Shown here: positions 19,941 through 20,000 of the stretch, in pieces
Position numbering within the stretch: the first letter of the stretch is position 1
Layout of the letters: each line of letters begins with the position of its first letter
Origin: Catajapyx aquilonaris
Taxonomy: Eukaryota
DNA length: 20,000 nt
Direction of reading: 5' to 3'
NCBI GenBank assembly: GCA_000934665.2
Contig: KZ538466.1
Span: 48,648-68,647 of the forward strand
Translations under genes and position numbers: made by a program
The notes under the pieces: generated by a model
Database searches by the model: none
Seen by the model: the letters and a program-made list of their open reading frames with translations, nothing else
Told to the model about the DNA's origin: nothing

Positions 19941-20000
19941 GGTGCCCGGCAAACCTGCTCGGTGACAATGGGGCGCATTCGGCAGAAGAAATTATAAACA

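Noticed and set aside
299..19952. ORF-track entries as protein-coding genes
   Set aside because: All are short (<=176 aa). They are low-complexity, cross SINE/MITE boundaries, or are shards of decayed RT/transposase frames; no cellular protein is recognisable.
1..20000. CRISPR array, retron or other prokaryotic RT system
   Set aside because: No repeat-spacer periodicity, operon or intact RT; SINEs and microsatellites indicate eukaryotic DNA.

Overview
Eukaryotic (probably arthropod/insect) non-genic or intronic DNA. I found no intact protein-coding gene, RNA gene or CRISPR array, and none of the listed ORFs is a credible gene. Reading across stops and frameshifts, most of the window looks like a graveyard of decayed transposons. 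It holds about seven fossil non-LTR retrotransposon (LINE) ORF2 remnants (3 on +, 4 on -), recognised by eye from ordered endonuclease/reverse-transcriptase motif remnants, and two or three Tc1/mariner transposase relics. Younger insertions sit on top: three tRNA-derived SINEs from two families (with target-site duplications), three TA-flanked MITEs, a ~560-bp foldback element and two solo TIRs. There is a 145-N assembly gap. The most notable signals are a 3' module shared by two unrelated SINE families that end in three different tails, excess TAGGCCTA and TACAGTA/TACTGTA words (probable excision footprints), apparent insertion-biased decay, and nested insertions. Fossil calls are manual motif readings and their boundaries are approximate.
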